Source: Deltaproteobacteria bacterium
GTDB taxonomy: Bacteria; Desulfobacterota; RBG-13-43-22
Reading direction: 5' to 3'
Assembly: GCA_016208255.1 (NCBI GenBank)
Contig: JACQYK010000175.1
Coordinates: 3,944 to 67,943 of the forward strand
Length of the DNA stretch: 64,000 bases
Shown one piece after another: positions 9,403-19,467 of this stretch (the stretch's first letter is position 1; the number at the start of each line of letters is the position of its first letter). The position numbers and the translations under genes were made by a program. Below the pieces are notes generated by a model, which worked only from the letters and a program-made list of their open reading frames with translations, was not told the origin of the DNA and did no database searches.

Positions 9403-10062
9403 ATGAAACGGGTCAAAGATATTCCAAAAGATGAAAGGCCGAGGGAAAAGCTGGCCAAGAAAGGACCGCAAGCGTTATCCGATGTGGAACTGATTGCTAT
9501 TCTCCTTGGCCGGGGCATAGAAGGGCATGATGTGATGTCCGTGGCAAATCAGGTCTTGATCGCCATTGATTCCAACGGGGGAACGCCCGATTGTGCGGCG
9601 CTTCAGAATATCGCCGGCATGGGACCGGCCAAGGCTACCCTGATTGCCGCTGCCCTTGAGTTTGCCCGAAGAAGGATCAAGCCGGAAGGATTTAAAATAG
9701 CTTTTCCATCTGACGTGCTCCCTTTGATTCAGCATTATGCCGACAGGAAGCAGGAACATTTCCTCTGCGTTTCTCTAAACGGTTCCAATGAAGTCATAGC
9801 CGTGAGGGTCATCTCTGTTGGGCTGGTCAATAAGACCCATGTTCACCCCCGCGAGGTTTTTGCCGATGCCATAACGGACCGGGCCAGCGCGATCATCGTC
9901 GCTCACAACCATCCTTCGGGAAATGTGGAACCAGGCAAGGAAGACCTTGAAATCACCAAACAGCTTAAATCAGCAGGGGAGATCCTGGGCATCAAACTCC
10001 TCGATCATATTATTTTCAATAGGACGAGTTATTACAGCCTTCTTGAAAAGAACGAAATATGA
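9403..10062 (+). CDS. radC: RadC-like JAB/JAMM domain protein
   Basis: 219 aa. HhH-like N-terminus (LSDVELIAILLGRG) and JAMM motif AHNHPSGNVEPGKED. It starts 12 nt after abiEii. Confidence 0.9.
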   Translation: MKRVKDIPKDERPREKLAKKGPQALSDVELIAILLGRGIEGHDVMSVANQVLIAIDSNGGTPDCAALQNIAGMGPAKATLIAAALEFARRRIKPEGFKIAFPSDVLPLIQHYADRKQEHFLCVSLNGSNEVIAVRVISVGLVNKTHVHPREVFADAITDRASAIIVAHNHPSGNVEPGKEDLEITKQLKSAGEILGIKLLDHIIFNRTSYYSLLEKNEI

Positions 10063-10221
10063 CCAGGGAGTAGTGGCTAAGATTAACCGAGGAAGTATTT
10101 ATGCATTGGATTGGAATGGATTCAGATCAGCCAAACGGGTGGAAAAGGGTTGTATGGAATCCCACTTTGCAGGATTGGACCAGGGAATTTCAATAGCATT
10201 TAAAATCCACGAGTTCGATTG

Positions 10222-11506
10222 TCACTTGACTGCCATGATCCGCGCCCAGCAGGGATTGACAACCGGGATGCGGACTTTTCCGCCGCGGATCGGAAACCGG
10301 TCGCCCTGGTTCAGCAGATCAATCAACTGCTTCTTGTCCGGCTCCGGAACCGGTAAATCCAGGGGAACCGGTTTGTCCGCGGCGTTAACGGCCACAATGA
10401 CACATTCTTCCGGCGTCTGCCGGGCAAAGGCCATTTGCTCGGACTTGACTAAGAGGGGGCGATAAAGGCCATAGCGCAGGGCCTGGGAGTGATGCCGGAT
10501 TTGAGCCAGGCGGTTTAGGACACCGGGCAAATCCGGGTGCGGGCTGTTCTGAGAGATCTGGGAATAATCGAGACAGGGTCGAAGGGCCCGGTCGCTTCGG
10601 CTGCTTCTTTTCCCGGCGATTCCCCATTCACTTCCATAGTAAATGGAAGGGATACCCGGCATGGTAAACAACAGGCTGTAAAGCGGGTAGAGATGGGCCG
10701 GGTTTTTGAGCTGGCTGGCCACGCGATGGACATCATGGTTGTCGGCGAATGAATAGAGGAGGAGATCCCGATAGATCCCCTTTTCTCCAAACTGCCGATT
10801 CAGGGTGTGGGCCAGTTCAAAATAATTCCGGTCGGCGTGGCTTGAGTATAAACCCTTGTAACCGACATAGTTGGTGACCGAATCCAGGGTTTCCGGGTTG
10901 ACCCATTTCCGGTAATCGCCGTGGATCACTTCGCCCATCAACCAGAAATCGGCCCGGCGGGTCTTACAAAAAGACCTTAAGTCTTTTAAAAAAGAAAGAT
11001 CGAGACTGTCGGCTACATCCAGTCTCAGTCCATCAATATTAAATTCCCGAATCCATGATTCGATGGCCTGAAAAAGATGGGCCTTAATCGAGGGATTAAG
11101 TAAATTGAGCTTAACCAGGCTGCAATGGCCGTTCCAGTTATCGTAGGTGAAGGGATCATTATAGGGGCTGCGCTTGCTGAAGTCGAGCCCCTGAAACCAG
11201 TCGAATTCCCTTTTGATGGAGACGGGTGCTCAGGTCTGTCAAAGTTTTATTGCTTCCCAGCCGGCGGTCCACCTGAAAATAATCGGCTGTGTCATAGCCA
11301 TGGGAAGTGGATTCAAATAATGGTCCCAGATAAAGGGCATTCACTCCCAATTGCTTTAAATGGTCTATCCAGGGATACAATTGTTCCAGCCGAGGTTCGG
11401 GTGGGGAGCAGAAGTCATTCTCAAAAGGAGCGCCACAGAACCCGAACGGATAAATGTGATAAAAAAACGCATCATATGCCCAATGCGCCAAGAAAAACCT
11501 CCTCAA
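10222..11506 (-). pseudogene. GH13 alpha-amylase-family glycosidase, disrupted by an internal deletion and frameshift
   Basis: The N-terminal fragment 11159..11506 (HWAYDAFFYHIYPFGFCG...NALYLGPLFES..HGYDTADYF) and the C-terminal part (...NIDGLRLDVADSL..., FADNHDVHR) are in different frames. The expected ~30 aa after HQKGIRL (VLDGVFNH...) are missing near 11200. Confidence 0.8.
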
Positions 11507-11653
11507 AAAAGATACTAATTCTATTTGATAATTTCTATTTTTCTCATAGATTATATAAAAAGAAGCCGATCATTCACTACCAGGCATTTTATGGATTCCC
11601 TAAGGATCTTTACACCATTCCGGTCTATTATCAGCAGGCTAAGTCCTCTTTAG

Positions 11654-11735
11654 TTCGAAAATAGGATCCGAGCCTACGAGACTATTTCCATGTCTGGTGG
11701 TGCCACGCCCCAAAAGGCGGGGGATGGCGGTTTAA
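11654..11735 (+). repeat. Family B intergenic repeat, copy B1
   Basis: TTCGAAAATA-N22-TTCCATGTCTGGTGGTGCCACGCCCCAAAAGGCGGGGGATGGCGGTTTA. It overlaps the marR stop codon. Confidence 0.7.
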
Positions 11736-12175
11736 CACAATTTTGGAGCAATGTTTCTAACTGTCTGCAAAGCTTTATATAGGGATTCGATGTCCTCATC
11801 ACTCAATTCCGACAGGTTTATACGAACGATATTTTTTAGGCCCAGCATACTCTCTTTTAAAAACCTAATTCCCTTTTCGGTTATTAGGACATTTATGACT
11901 CGTCTGTCGTTGGCATCGTATCTCCGTTCAACCAGTCCGTCTTTCATAAGTTTGTCGACGATAGTGGTCATGTTTTGTTTGGCAATAATCAGTTGCCTTC
12001 CGACGGCTGACAGAGAAAGCGGACCGCTTCTTTCCAATATTCGAAGGATAGAGTAGGTTTGATTTCTTAATGGGGCAAGCGCTGGGTCACTGGGATCAGC
12101 ATTGAAAAGTCGTTTCAGTAAAGGGAAGAGTTGAAGCGCGCTTTCAGAGATACCGTCGATTTGTTTTTCCCGCAT
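11732..12175 (-). CDS. MarR-family transcriptional regulator
   Basis: 147 aa. wHTH region with LSLSAVGRQLIIAKQNMTTIVDKLMKDGLVERRYDANDRRV, typical of MarR. Confidence 0.9.
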   Translation of the reverse strand: MREKQIDGISESALQLFPLLKRLFNADPSDPALAPLRNQTYSILRILERSGPLSLSAVGRQLIIAKQNMTTIVDKLMKDGLVERRYDANDRRVINVLITEKGIRFLKESMLGLKNIVRINLSELSDEDIESLYKALQTVRNIAPKLC

Positions 12176-12360
12176 AATTACTCCTTAAGTCGAAGTATAA
12201 ACCCCGGCTCTCTGGGCCAGGTCAGAGTCAAACGGCTATGCCGCTTGGGCTTTTTTTGAAATCGCGGCGCTGAAGCCATAAATCGGCCCTATAGCCGGGG
12301 CGAAGAGCCCGGATGGGTTGATTCAAGCGATCTTTTTTCTTTTATAATGGTATATATTTA

Positions 12361-12401
12361 TGATAGTAATATATAATTACCTGTTATTCTTATAAAGTCA
12401 A
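12361..12401 (-). promoter_or_regulatory. Candidate sigma70 promoter with a TACTATCA operator box upstream of marR
   Basis: The minus strand reads TTGACT-N17-AATTAT-atat-TACTATCA. The same architecture recurs at 21167-21221. Confidence 0.4.
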
Positions 12402-12478
12402 ACATTTTTTGATATAAATAGTCGAGAAATAAAATATCTTAATAATTTTTAACATTAGTTATCAATCAAATTGTATTA

Positions 12479-12724
12479 CTATCCATTAGGACAGATTCCT
12501 CTTGCGGAACCCATTCCTTCGGTAGGCCGGTAAAGCTGCAGCACGCCTCGGGCCGTGGTGGATTTCCCGCAGCCGCTTTCCCCGACCACCCCCAGGGATT
12601 CCCCGGGGAAAAGGGCGAAAGAGATATCCCGGACCGCGTTCAATGTGCCATCGCGGAGGTAGAATTTAACATCCAGTCCCTCCACGTCCAGAATGGGTTT
12701 TTTTATGGTTTGTGTCGTTTCCAT
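12479..12724 (-). pseudogene. Truncated ABC ATPase (DppD/OppD-like N-terminal 70 aa only)
   Basis: 81 aa. It reaches Walker A (GESGCGKST) and ...LQLYRPTEG, then diverges and stops. It overlaps the dppC-like stop (ATGA). An AT-rich non-coding region follows. Confidence 0.75.
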
Positions 12725-13707
12725 TATCGCCTGAGTCTCCCCAATCTCCCTAATCTCATTCCGCCGGTCAGCTTGGGATCCAGCAGGTCCCGCAGGGCAT
12801 CTCCCAGCATGTTAAAACCGAATACCCCGGCGCTGATGGCCAGGCCGGGGAAGATGGCCAACCAGGGGCTTTTGAGCATGTAAGCCATCCCGTCTCCGGT
12901 CAACATCCTTCCCCAGGAGGGCGCCGGCGGCGGAACACCCAACCCGAGAAAGCTGAGGGCGGCTTCAGCCAAGATGATATTCCCCAGGCCAAGGGTAGAA
13001 AGAACGATAATAGGGGCGGCCACATTAGGAAGGATATGTCGGACCAGAATCGTTAGATCCTTGCATCCAACTGACTTGGCGGCTGTCAGGTAGTCACTCT
13101 CTTTGATGGCCAGGACCGCGCTGCGGACAACACGGGAGGCCCCGGCAAATCCCCCCAGGGCCAGGGCCAGGATGAGATTGAGCATGCCTGGCCCCAAGAC
13201 GGCCATTACAGTCAGCATGATGACCAGCCAGGGGAAGGACATGACGGCATCCACGATCCTTTGGGTGATCGTATCAAATAGGCCTCCAAAATAGCCGGAC
13301 AAGATTCCGATAAGCGTTGACAAAATTGTACTCAGACCGATAGCGCCTAAGCCTACAGTCAAGGAGACCCGAGCCCCGTAAACAATACGGCTGAAGACGT
13401 CTCGGCCCAGGGAGTCCGTGCCCATATAGAAACTGCCGCCGGGGGGGACGAGAATTTTCTCATCAAGGATATCATTCGGGGAATAGGGGGCAATAATCGG
13501 GGCAAAAAAGGCCATTATCAACATAACCATTATCAGGACTCCGCCAAAAGCCCCCAGAGGCTTGGTTTTTATTAGTTGCAGGAACAGATCGAGGATCCAA
13601 TGGTGCCTGGTTATAGGCTTGTTGGATTGTTCGATGATGTCCGGCGGGGCTCCAGTCAGGTTTTTTTCTATCGGGTTAAAATCCATGCTTTGTCCTTTTC
13701 TTTTCAA
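12724..13707 (-). CDS. ABC transporter permease (DppC/OppC-like)
   Basis: 327 aa, multi-TM. BPD-transporter EAA-type loop (AAKSVGCKDLTILVRHILPN). Confidence 0.9.
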   Translation of the reverse strand: MKRKGQSMDFNPIEKNLTGAPPDIIEQSNKPITRHHWILDLFLQLIKTKPLGAFGGVLIMVMLIMAFFAPIIAPYSPNDILDEKILVPPGGSFYMGTDSLGRDVFSRIVYGARVSLTVGLGAIGLSTILSTLIGILSGYFGGLFDTITQRIVDAVMSFPWLVIMLTVMAVLGPGMLNLILALALGGFAGASRVVRSAVLAIKESDYLTAAKSVGCKDLTILVRHILPNVAAPIIVLSTLGLGNIILAEAALSFLGLGVPPPAPSWGRMLTGDGMAYMLKSPWLAIFPGLAISAGVFGFNMLGDALRDLLDPKLTGGMRLGRLGRLRR

Positions 13708-13719
13708 GCTCGATTTGGA

Positions 13720-14670
13720 TTATTTACGGTAACGGATTCTGGGGTCCAGCAATCCATAGAGTGAGTCCACCAGCAGATTGATGGTGATGATCCAGATACA
13801 GATAAACAGATTGATGCCCTGTATGGCGGGATAATCGCGCCAGATAATGGCATCGAGGAGATATTTCCCCATGCCCGGCAGGACGAAGATACTTTCCATG
13901 ATCACCGTTCCCCCGATTAGATAGGCTATCTGAATACCCATTATGCTTAGAACGGGGATCAGGGCATTTTTCAGGGCATGCCGGGTAATCACCACCCAGC
14001 GGGAAAGCCCCTTGGCCCGGGCCGTTCGTATATAGTCTTCCTTCAACACTTCCAGCATCATGGTTCTGGTCATCCGCATGATGCTGGCCGAAAGGTGAAC
14101 AGCCAAGATCAGTGAGGGAGCCAGAAGCTGAGAAAGACTCTTGACCGGACTTTCCAGGAAAGGGATGTAATCCATGGGTGGGACCCATTTGAACCAGATG
14201 GAGCCGAAAATGAGGACCAAAATGGCGATCCAGAACCCGGGAATGGAAAGTCCGGCTATAGCTAAACTTCGAATTACATAATCCAACCACCTGTCCTGGT
14301 AGAGGGCGGAAATAATTCCTATGGGCACTCCCAGGAGGAAGGTCCAAAAAAGGGCCATGAGCCCAAGACGAATGGTAATAGGCAGACGCCTGAAGATTTC
14401 CTCACGGACCGGTTCCCCGCTCCAAAGAGATATACCCAAGTCGCCTTTTAAGACATTTTTCAGGTAAAAAACATACTGGATGACCAGCGGTTTATTCAGA
14501 CCAAGTATTTCTCTCATTTCTTCTTTGTCTTTGGCAAAGCCATGATCGGCCATCATAATCGTGACCACATCCCCTGGCAGAAGACGCACGATACTGAAGA
14601 CAAAAAAAGAAACCAACAGGAGGGTCGGAATAATCAGCAATATTCTCCTCAAGAGATATCTTCGCAGCAT
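13720..14670 (-). CDS. ABC transporter permease (DppB/OppB-like)
   Basis: 316 aa. N-terminus MLRRYLLRRILLIIPTLLLVSFFVF and YIRTARAKGLS, typical of DppB/OppB. Confidence 0.9.
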   Translation of the reverse strand: MLRRYLLRRILLIIPTLLLVSFFVFSIVRLLPGDVVTIMMADHGFAKDKEEMREILGLNKPLVIQYVFYLKNVLKGDLGISLWSGEPVREEIFRRLPITIRLGLMALFWTFLLGVPIGIISALYQDRWLDYVIRSLAIAGLSIPGFWIAILVLIFGSIWFKWVPPMDYIPFLESPVKSLSQLLAPSLILAVHLSASIMRMTRTMMLEVLKEDYIRTARAKGLSRWVVITRHALKNALIPVLSIMGIQIAYLIGGTVIMESIFVLPGMGKYLLDAIIWRDYPAIQGINLFICIWIITINLLVDSLYGLLDPRIRYRK

Positions 14671-14736
14671 GGATGTTTTCCTTTTAGATTAAAACAGGCT
14701 ATGGGCAACAGGCGATAGTCCGAAACCCGATTTATA

Positions 14737-16395
14737 TTAATGTTTTTCCATCCAAAGATATTCCCCATACAATGGTTGATAATCAAGCTTGTACCGCTTG
14801 AGGGCATGAACATAAGGTTTTCGAACGGAAAACCGGATTGGGGTATAGAGGCAGACGAAAGGGGAGTCCTCCAGGAGTTTCAATTGGATGTTTCTGATCA
14901 GCGCCTTCCGCTTTTTCACATCCAGGATATTGGATTGTTTTTTGATCATCTTCCAGATTTCCGGGTTGCTCCACTTATAGACGGTGGATTCGTTCACCTG
15001 TCCGAAATAGGGGGTCAGCCAATCCTCCGGATCAACCCCGGCGGTGGTGACATGAAAAGATAAATCATAATCGAACCGGTAAGCGCGGTTTAAGTACTGA
15101 GCCAGTTCCAGAAGGGTCAGCTTGGCCTCGATACCGACGTCTTTAAGCATCTTCTGGATAACCTGGACCGGTGCGGTCATATACGGCAGATTCCAGGTCA
15201 AAAGCTCGACCGAAAAACCATTGGGATACCCGGCTTCGGCCAGAAGTTTTTTGGCCATTTGAGGATTGAATTTCACCTGATCGCTTTCTTTGAGGGAATA
15301 CTCCAAAACTGGGGGTATGGGTCCGATCCCAAGTCTTCCATGTCCTCCCATAGCCAATTTCAGTAATTTTTTCTTGTCAATGGACATGGCCAGGGCCTGT
15401 CTTACTTTTTTATTATCAAAAGGTGGCTTGAGGGGTTTTTCCCCTTCGATCCAGGGCTGAATCCGCAAGACGAACATATGGACGCTCGGGAAAGTTTCGA
15501 TAACAGTATCCGGGGCCGCTTTCTTGATTGTTTCAATATTCTGGTGATAGGTCGAGGTTCCATCCAGCCTTCCGGCTATGAAGGCGGAAAGGACACTGGA
15601 GGGATCCGGCATGACCTTGAAATGAATACCGTCCACGAACGGCAATCCTTTTTTCCAATAACCGGGGTTTTTCACCAGGGTAAAGTGCGAGCCTTTGACC
15701 CATTCCTTGAGGATAAAGGGACCGGTCCCAATGGCTCGAGTCTTCAAATCTCCGAACTTGTCGACTACTTCTTTGGGCACAATGGCGCACCAGGGAGAGG
15801 AAAGGTGTCTAAGGAAGGAAGCATAGGGCTCTATGGTTTTAAAAATGATGGTGTATTTATCCGGTGTTTCAATTGACTTGATCTTTCCTGCGAAGTACCA
15901 GTTATGCTTAAAATCATTTTTGCGTCCGTGCACACCGGCCATGCGTTCGATGCTGTATTTAACGTCTTCGGAGGTCAGTTCCCGCCCATTGACCGGAGGA
16001 ATGTTTTGAAAAAATACCCCTTGATGGATCTTGAATTCATAGGTCGTATCGTCGATCTGTTTCATGCTTTTGGCCAAATCCAGTTCCCAGCCGGTCATCT
16101 CCGGGTTGAATCGCAGAAGATTGTTATAGGTATTGGTGGTGACCAGGGTCGTACCGACAGAGACCTCCATATGGGGGTCCAGGGACCTGGGATCGGCGGA
16201 TAAGGCCGACCTGAATATTCCTCCATATTGCGGCTTGATCGCATCGGCAGCCTTGGTTTGTTTCTTGGGCTGGGGTTGTTTGGTGGCTGCCATGGCAACT
16301 GAGACGAGAATCATTAAAAAAATAACACTTAATACCATCGGCCATAAAAACCGTTCCCCAAATTGCAACCCTTGTTTCCTTTTTGTCATTTTCAT
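14737..16395 (-). CDS. ABC transporter substrate-binding protein, family 5 (peptide/nickel type)
   Basis: 552 aa with a signal peptide. Its size and position upstream of the dppBC-like permeases fit the call. Confidence 0.88.
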   Translation of the reverse strand: MKMTKRKQGLQFGERFLWPMVLSVIFLMILVSVAMAATKQPQPKKQTKAADAIKPQYGGIFRSALSADPRSLDPHMEVSVGTTLVTTNTYNNLLRFNPEMTGWELDLAKSMKQIDDTTYEFKIHQGVFFQNIPPVNGRELTSEDVKYSIERMAGVHGRKNDFKHNWYFAGKIKSIETPDKYTIIFKTIEPYASFLRHLSSPWCAIVPKEVVDKFGDLKTRAIGTGPFILKEWVKGSHFTLVKNPGYWKKGLPFVDGIHFKVMPDPSSVLSAFIAGRLDGTSTYHQNIETIKKAAPDTVIETFPSVHMFVLRIQPWIEGEKPLKPPFDNKKVRQALAMSIDKKKLLKLAMGGHGRLGIGPIPPVLEYSLKESDQVKFNPQMAKKLLAEAGYPNGFSVELLTWNLPYMTAPVQVIQKMLKDVGIEAKLTLLELAQYLNRAYRFDYDLSFHVTTAGVDPEDWLTPYFGQVNESTVYKWSNPEIWKMIKKQSNILDVKKRKALIRNIQLKLLEDSPFVCLYTPIRFSVRKPYVHALKRYKLDYQPLYGEYLWMEKH

Positions 16396-16531
16396 CTGGT
16401 TCTCCTTGTCAGGTCCTTAGGGTTATACGCTGCTGGGTTGCTAAACTGCCAGCATCCTCTTTTTAACCAAATACTAACCAAAGATATTTGAAATTTAGGT
16501 GGCCAGGGATCTTGTTTTTGAAATTGTCCAT

Positions 16532-18079
16532 TTAATTCGATTTCTCCCCAGCCGAAGCAGCTTTCTCGTCTTTGTCCTGGCGCCGGTGAGAGTCGAACCA
16601 GTCAAATACCTCTTTAAAAGTCTGCAGCGCTACCGAGTCATGATCTCCGTCGGGAATTTCGAAGTACTTCAATTTTACGTTTAACTTTTGGGCCGCTTCT
16701 ACCATCTGACGGGATCTTTCAACAGAAACGATTTGGTCTTTTTCTCCATGAACGACCAGTTGGGGGATGTGAGCTATCTTACCCATTCGCCCTGGGTTTC
16801 CGCCACCGGCGACCGGTGCCAAGGCAGCAAATACTTGCGGGTGATTCATGGCCACAGACCAGGTTCCAAACCCTCCCATGGAATGTCCGGTCAGATAGAT
16901 TCTGTTTTCATCGATGTGGTAAGCCTTTTTGGCTTCGGCGATCACATCCATTATATCTTGCTCTGCCGGGCCAAGGTACATGGAGGCCGGTTGGCGACCC
17001 TTGGGACAAGCCACCAGGTACCCTCGTTCTTCCGCTTCGATCTTGAAGGCCCCTGAGCCATATTCTTCGAAATAACTGTTCTCATCTCCGCCCACCCCGT
17101 GGAGGGAAATGATCAGGGGAAACGCTTTAGAACCATCATAGGTTGAGGGAATAAATATACGATAGGGCTGCAGCGTATGGTCCACATTGGATAGATAAGC
17201 CTTACGAAAATCTCCCCGACGGGAAGCGAACGGATCGCGCCCGGCTTCAAGTTCGTCGAGGATTGTGTTGGCTTCTCTGAGTTCATTTCTAAAATTCAGT
17301 CGTTCATGGTTGATTTCTCCGGCATTGGCCTTATCGATCAGATCTATTTGATAACGGGCCGATCGCAGGGCCGTTAGAATCGAACCCTTACCGGTGACTG
17401 GCGGCTCCTTTTCGATCTTGACCCATCGGTCCTTGGCGGTCTTTAAAGAGGCGATAAGCCCTCCCTCGATATGAACGATGACGATTTTGGTTATGGACCC
17501 GGCCGAAGTCACTAGTTTCAGCTTGAGCCGAAGGCGGTATTTGCCCGGTTCCATTTCGGGTACGGTCACTTCTATAACCAGAGGATGAGCAAAGAAATCA
17601 GGCTCTAAGGACTCAATGGTTTTTATGGTCTTCAGAGACTTATCTCCTCCCATGGCCAGCAAATCGATCGAACCGCTTATTTTACCTGGAACCTTCTCAT
17701 CCAATACGAAAATCTGCCCCAGATGGAGTTTTAGAGAATCCGATGGTTCGATCACCAGCCGATCCGCCTTGAAGGAAAGTGCACTGGACAGGGCCGATTC
17801 AGGAGTCCACACCGAGCCCCGCAGAAGCGTAATCGCCTGATAGTAATATTTGAGCGCGTCTCCGTACTTGCGGGCGCCGGTGGCTTCCTTAGCCAATTGG
17901 CCAAGTTTTTCAACCTCGGGGCGCTTTTCCGGATCCAGCTTTTCAGCGGTCTTCTTTAAATTGTTATATCCTATTGAAAGGCGGAGCACCTGCCCGGCAT
18001 CCTGGGCGGCGACGGGGGCTACAAAGACCATCAACCCTATTATGGAAAAGACAAGGGGCCGTTTAAATCGTGAAATCAT
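16532..18079 (-). CDS. Secreted alpha/beta hydrolase (esterase/peptidase-type C-terminal domain) with an unknown N-terminal domain
   Basis: 515 aa. Signal peptide, nucleophile elbow LTGHSMGGFGTW and a later HGEKD/GDHD. The first ~250 aa are unassigned. Confidence 0.8.
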   Translation of the reverse strand: MISRFKRPLVFSIIGLMVFVAPVAAQDAGQVLRLSIGYNNLKKTAEKLDPEKRPEVEKLGQLAKEATGARKYGDALKYYYQAITLLRGSVWTPESALSSALSFKADRLVIEPSDSLKLHLGQIFVLDEKVPGKISGSIDLLAMGGDKSLKTIKTIESLEPDFFAHPLVIEVTVPEMEPGKYRLRLKLKLVTSAGSITKIVIVHIEGGLIASLKTAKDRWVKIEKEPPVTGKGSILTALRSARYQIDLIDKANAGEINHERLNFRNELREANTILDELEAGRDPFASRRGDFRKAYLSNVDHTLQPYRIFIPSTYDGSKAFPLIISLHGVGGDENSYFEEYGSGAFKIEAEERGYLVACPKGRQPASMYLGPAEQDIMDVIAEAKKAYHIDENRIYLTGHSMGGFGTWSVAMNHPQVFAALAPVAGGGNPGRMGKIAHIPQLVVHGEKDQIVSVERSRQMVEAAQKLNVKLKYFEIPDGDHDSVALQTFKEVFDWFDSHRRQDKDEKAASAGEKSN

Positions 18080-18106
18080 TTCACCCTCCTTTTTATCAAA
18101 TCGCTT

Positions 18107-19267
18107 TTATCTCTGGTCAAACCTCCTCCCCAGCATGGCCGAGGCGATGTTGATCCGTTGAATCTGAACCGTTCCGCCGGCCAGAGGCCAGCCGCGGCTG
18201 TCCCGCAGCATCCTTTCTATGGGGTACTCTTTCGAGTAGCCATAACCCCCGAAGATCTGCAGGGCCATGTCCGTGACCTCCTTGCCGATCTCATTGGCAA
18301 AGCATTTGGCCACGGAGGATTCGAAGACCGAGGGCAATCCATTACCGGCATTAACTACGGCCCGGTAGATCAGGAGCCGGGCGGCCTCGACCTTCATGGC
18401 CATGTCGGCCAGGAGTAATTGAATAGCCTGAAATTCACAGATGGGTTTTCCGAAAGCCATTCGTTCTTTGGAATATTTTTTGGCCGCTTCCAGGGCCCCC
18501 CAGGCGATCCCCAGAGATTGGGTGGCGTTCCCGCAGCGTTCCACGTCAAAGGCCTGCATCAATTTAGCGAAGCCGCCTTCCGGAATAATCAGATTCTCTT
18601 TGGGGACCAGACAATCCTCGAAGATAAGATCGCAGCTGTGCATGCCGTGGAGTCCCATGAATTCTTCCTGTTTCCCGAAAGTGAATCCCGGGGAGCCCTT
18701 TTCGGCCACAATCCCGCCGATTCCCTTGTGTCCTTTACGATCGCTCAGGCGAACATAAACCATATACCAGTCCGAATGACCTCCTCCGGAAATAAATCTT
18801 TTTTGACCGTTGAGCACATAGTGATCTCCTTTTAGGATAGCCCGAGTTGTTAAATCGGTCAGGGCCGATCCGGCCCCCGGTTCGGTCATGCCTACCGACA
18901 TGAACTTCTCCCCTCGCGCACAGGGGGGAATAAATCGTTGTTTTTGTTCTTCCGTGCCGAATTTCTCTACGGCCCGGATCGGACCGAAACTGCTCTCCAT
19001 GACCACCCCGGAGGCTCGGGTTGTGACCCGGGCCAATTCTTCCATGGCCAAAATGGCATAAATGGCCGGCAGCTCCTGGCCGCCGTATTGTTCCGGCAGA
19101 GTGATGCCTAATAAGCCTAACTCCCGGTATTCGGCGATCAGATCCCTGGGGGCCAGGGAAAGATCTCCTTTTTCCCAGAAATCGACTATTGGTGCGATGC
19201 GGGTATCGGCAAAATCATGTACGGTTTGTTTGAAAATATTTTGTTCTTCGGTCAATTGAAAATCCAT
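18107..19267 (-). CDS. Acyl-CoA dehydrogenase
   Basis: 386 aa. Typical ACAD N-terminus (DFQLTEEQ...), a central MTEPGAGSA and a C-terminal IFGGYGYSKEYPIERMLRD. Confidence 0.93.
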   Translation of the reverse strand: MDFQLTEEQNIFKQTVHDFADTRIAPIVDFWEKGDLSLAPRDLIAEYRELGLLGITLPEQYGGQELPAIYAILAMEELARVTTRASGVVMESSFGPIRAVEKFGTEEQKQRFIPPCARGEKFMSVGMTEPGAGSALTDLTTRAILKGDHYVLNGQKRFISGGGHSDWYMVYVRLSDRKGHKGIGGIVAEKGSPGFTFGKQEEFMGLHGMHSCDLIFEDCLVPKENLIIPEGGFAKLMQAFDVERCGNATQSLGIAWGALEAAKKYSKERMAFGKPICEFQAIQLLLADMAMKVEAARLLIYRAVVNAGNGLPSVFESSVAKCFANEIGKEVTDMALQIFGGYGYSKEYPIERMLRDSRGWPLAGGTVQIQRINIASAMLGRRFDQR

Positions 19268-19300
19268 TTTTTCTCCTTCCTATTTTAAAAAATCTTTGTT

Positions 19301-19463
19301 GACAGGATTAACAGGATTTACATGATTTTTGCTCAGGCTCCAGAAGACCCTGAGCAACTTTAATCCGCTTTCAGCGGAGACTTGGGCTTCGTCTGTAGGA
19401 CGATTCTCCTTTGCCTTTCTTCCGGAAAGGCAAAACAATCCAGATTATCCTGTAAATCCTGTC
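19301..19463 (+). repeat. Family A TIR-bounded multi-hairpin element, copy A1
   Basis: Runs GACAGGATTAACAGGATT ... AATCCTGTAAATCCTGTC and fills the ligase-ACAD intercistronic gap. Confidence 0.85.
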
Positions 19464-19467
19464 TAAA

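Noticed and set aside
7960-10062. CBASS-like logic (nucleotidyltransferase plus JAB protease, as in CD-NTase/Cap3)
   Set aside because: There is no E1/E2 (Cap2) gene and no cyclic-nucleotide effector. AbiEii is a DUF1814 Pol-beta NTase, not a CD-NTase. The idea is kept only as a loose analogy, not a call.
288-10221. Direct repeats (att sites) flanking the defence island
   Set aside because: By eye I found no shared 12-mer or longer between 288-599 and 10063-10221. A proper self-alignment is needed before claiming anything.
11125-11664. 179-aa plus-strand ORF across the GH13 5' region
   Set aside because: The minus strand here encodes a recognisable GH13 N-terminus. The plus-strand product has no motifs and crosses an intergenic repeat.
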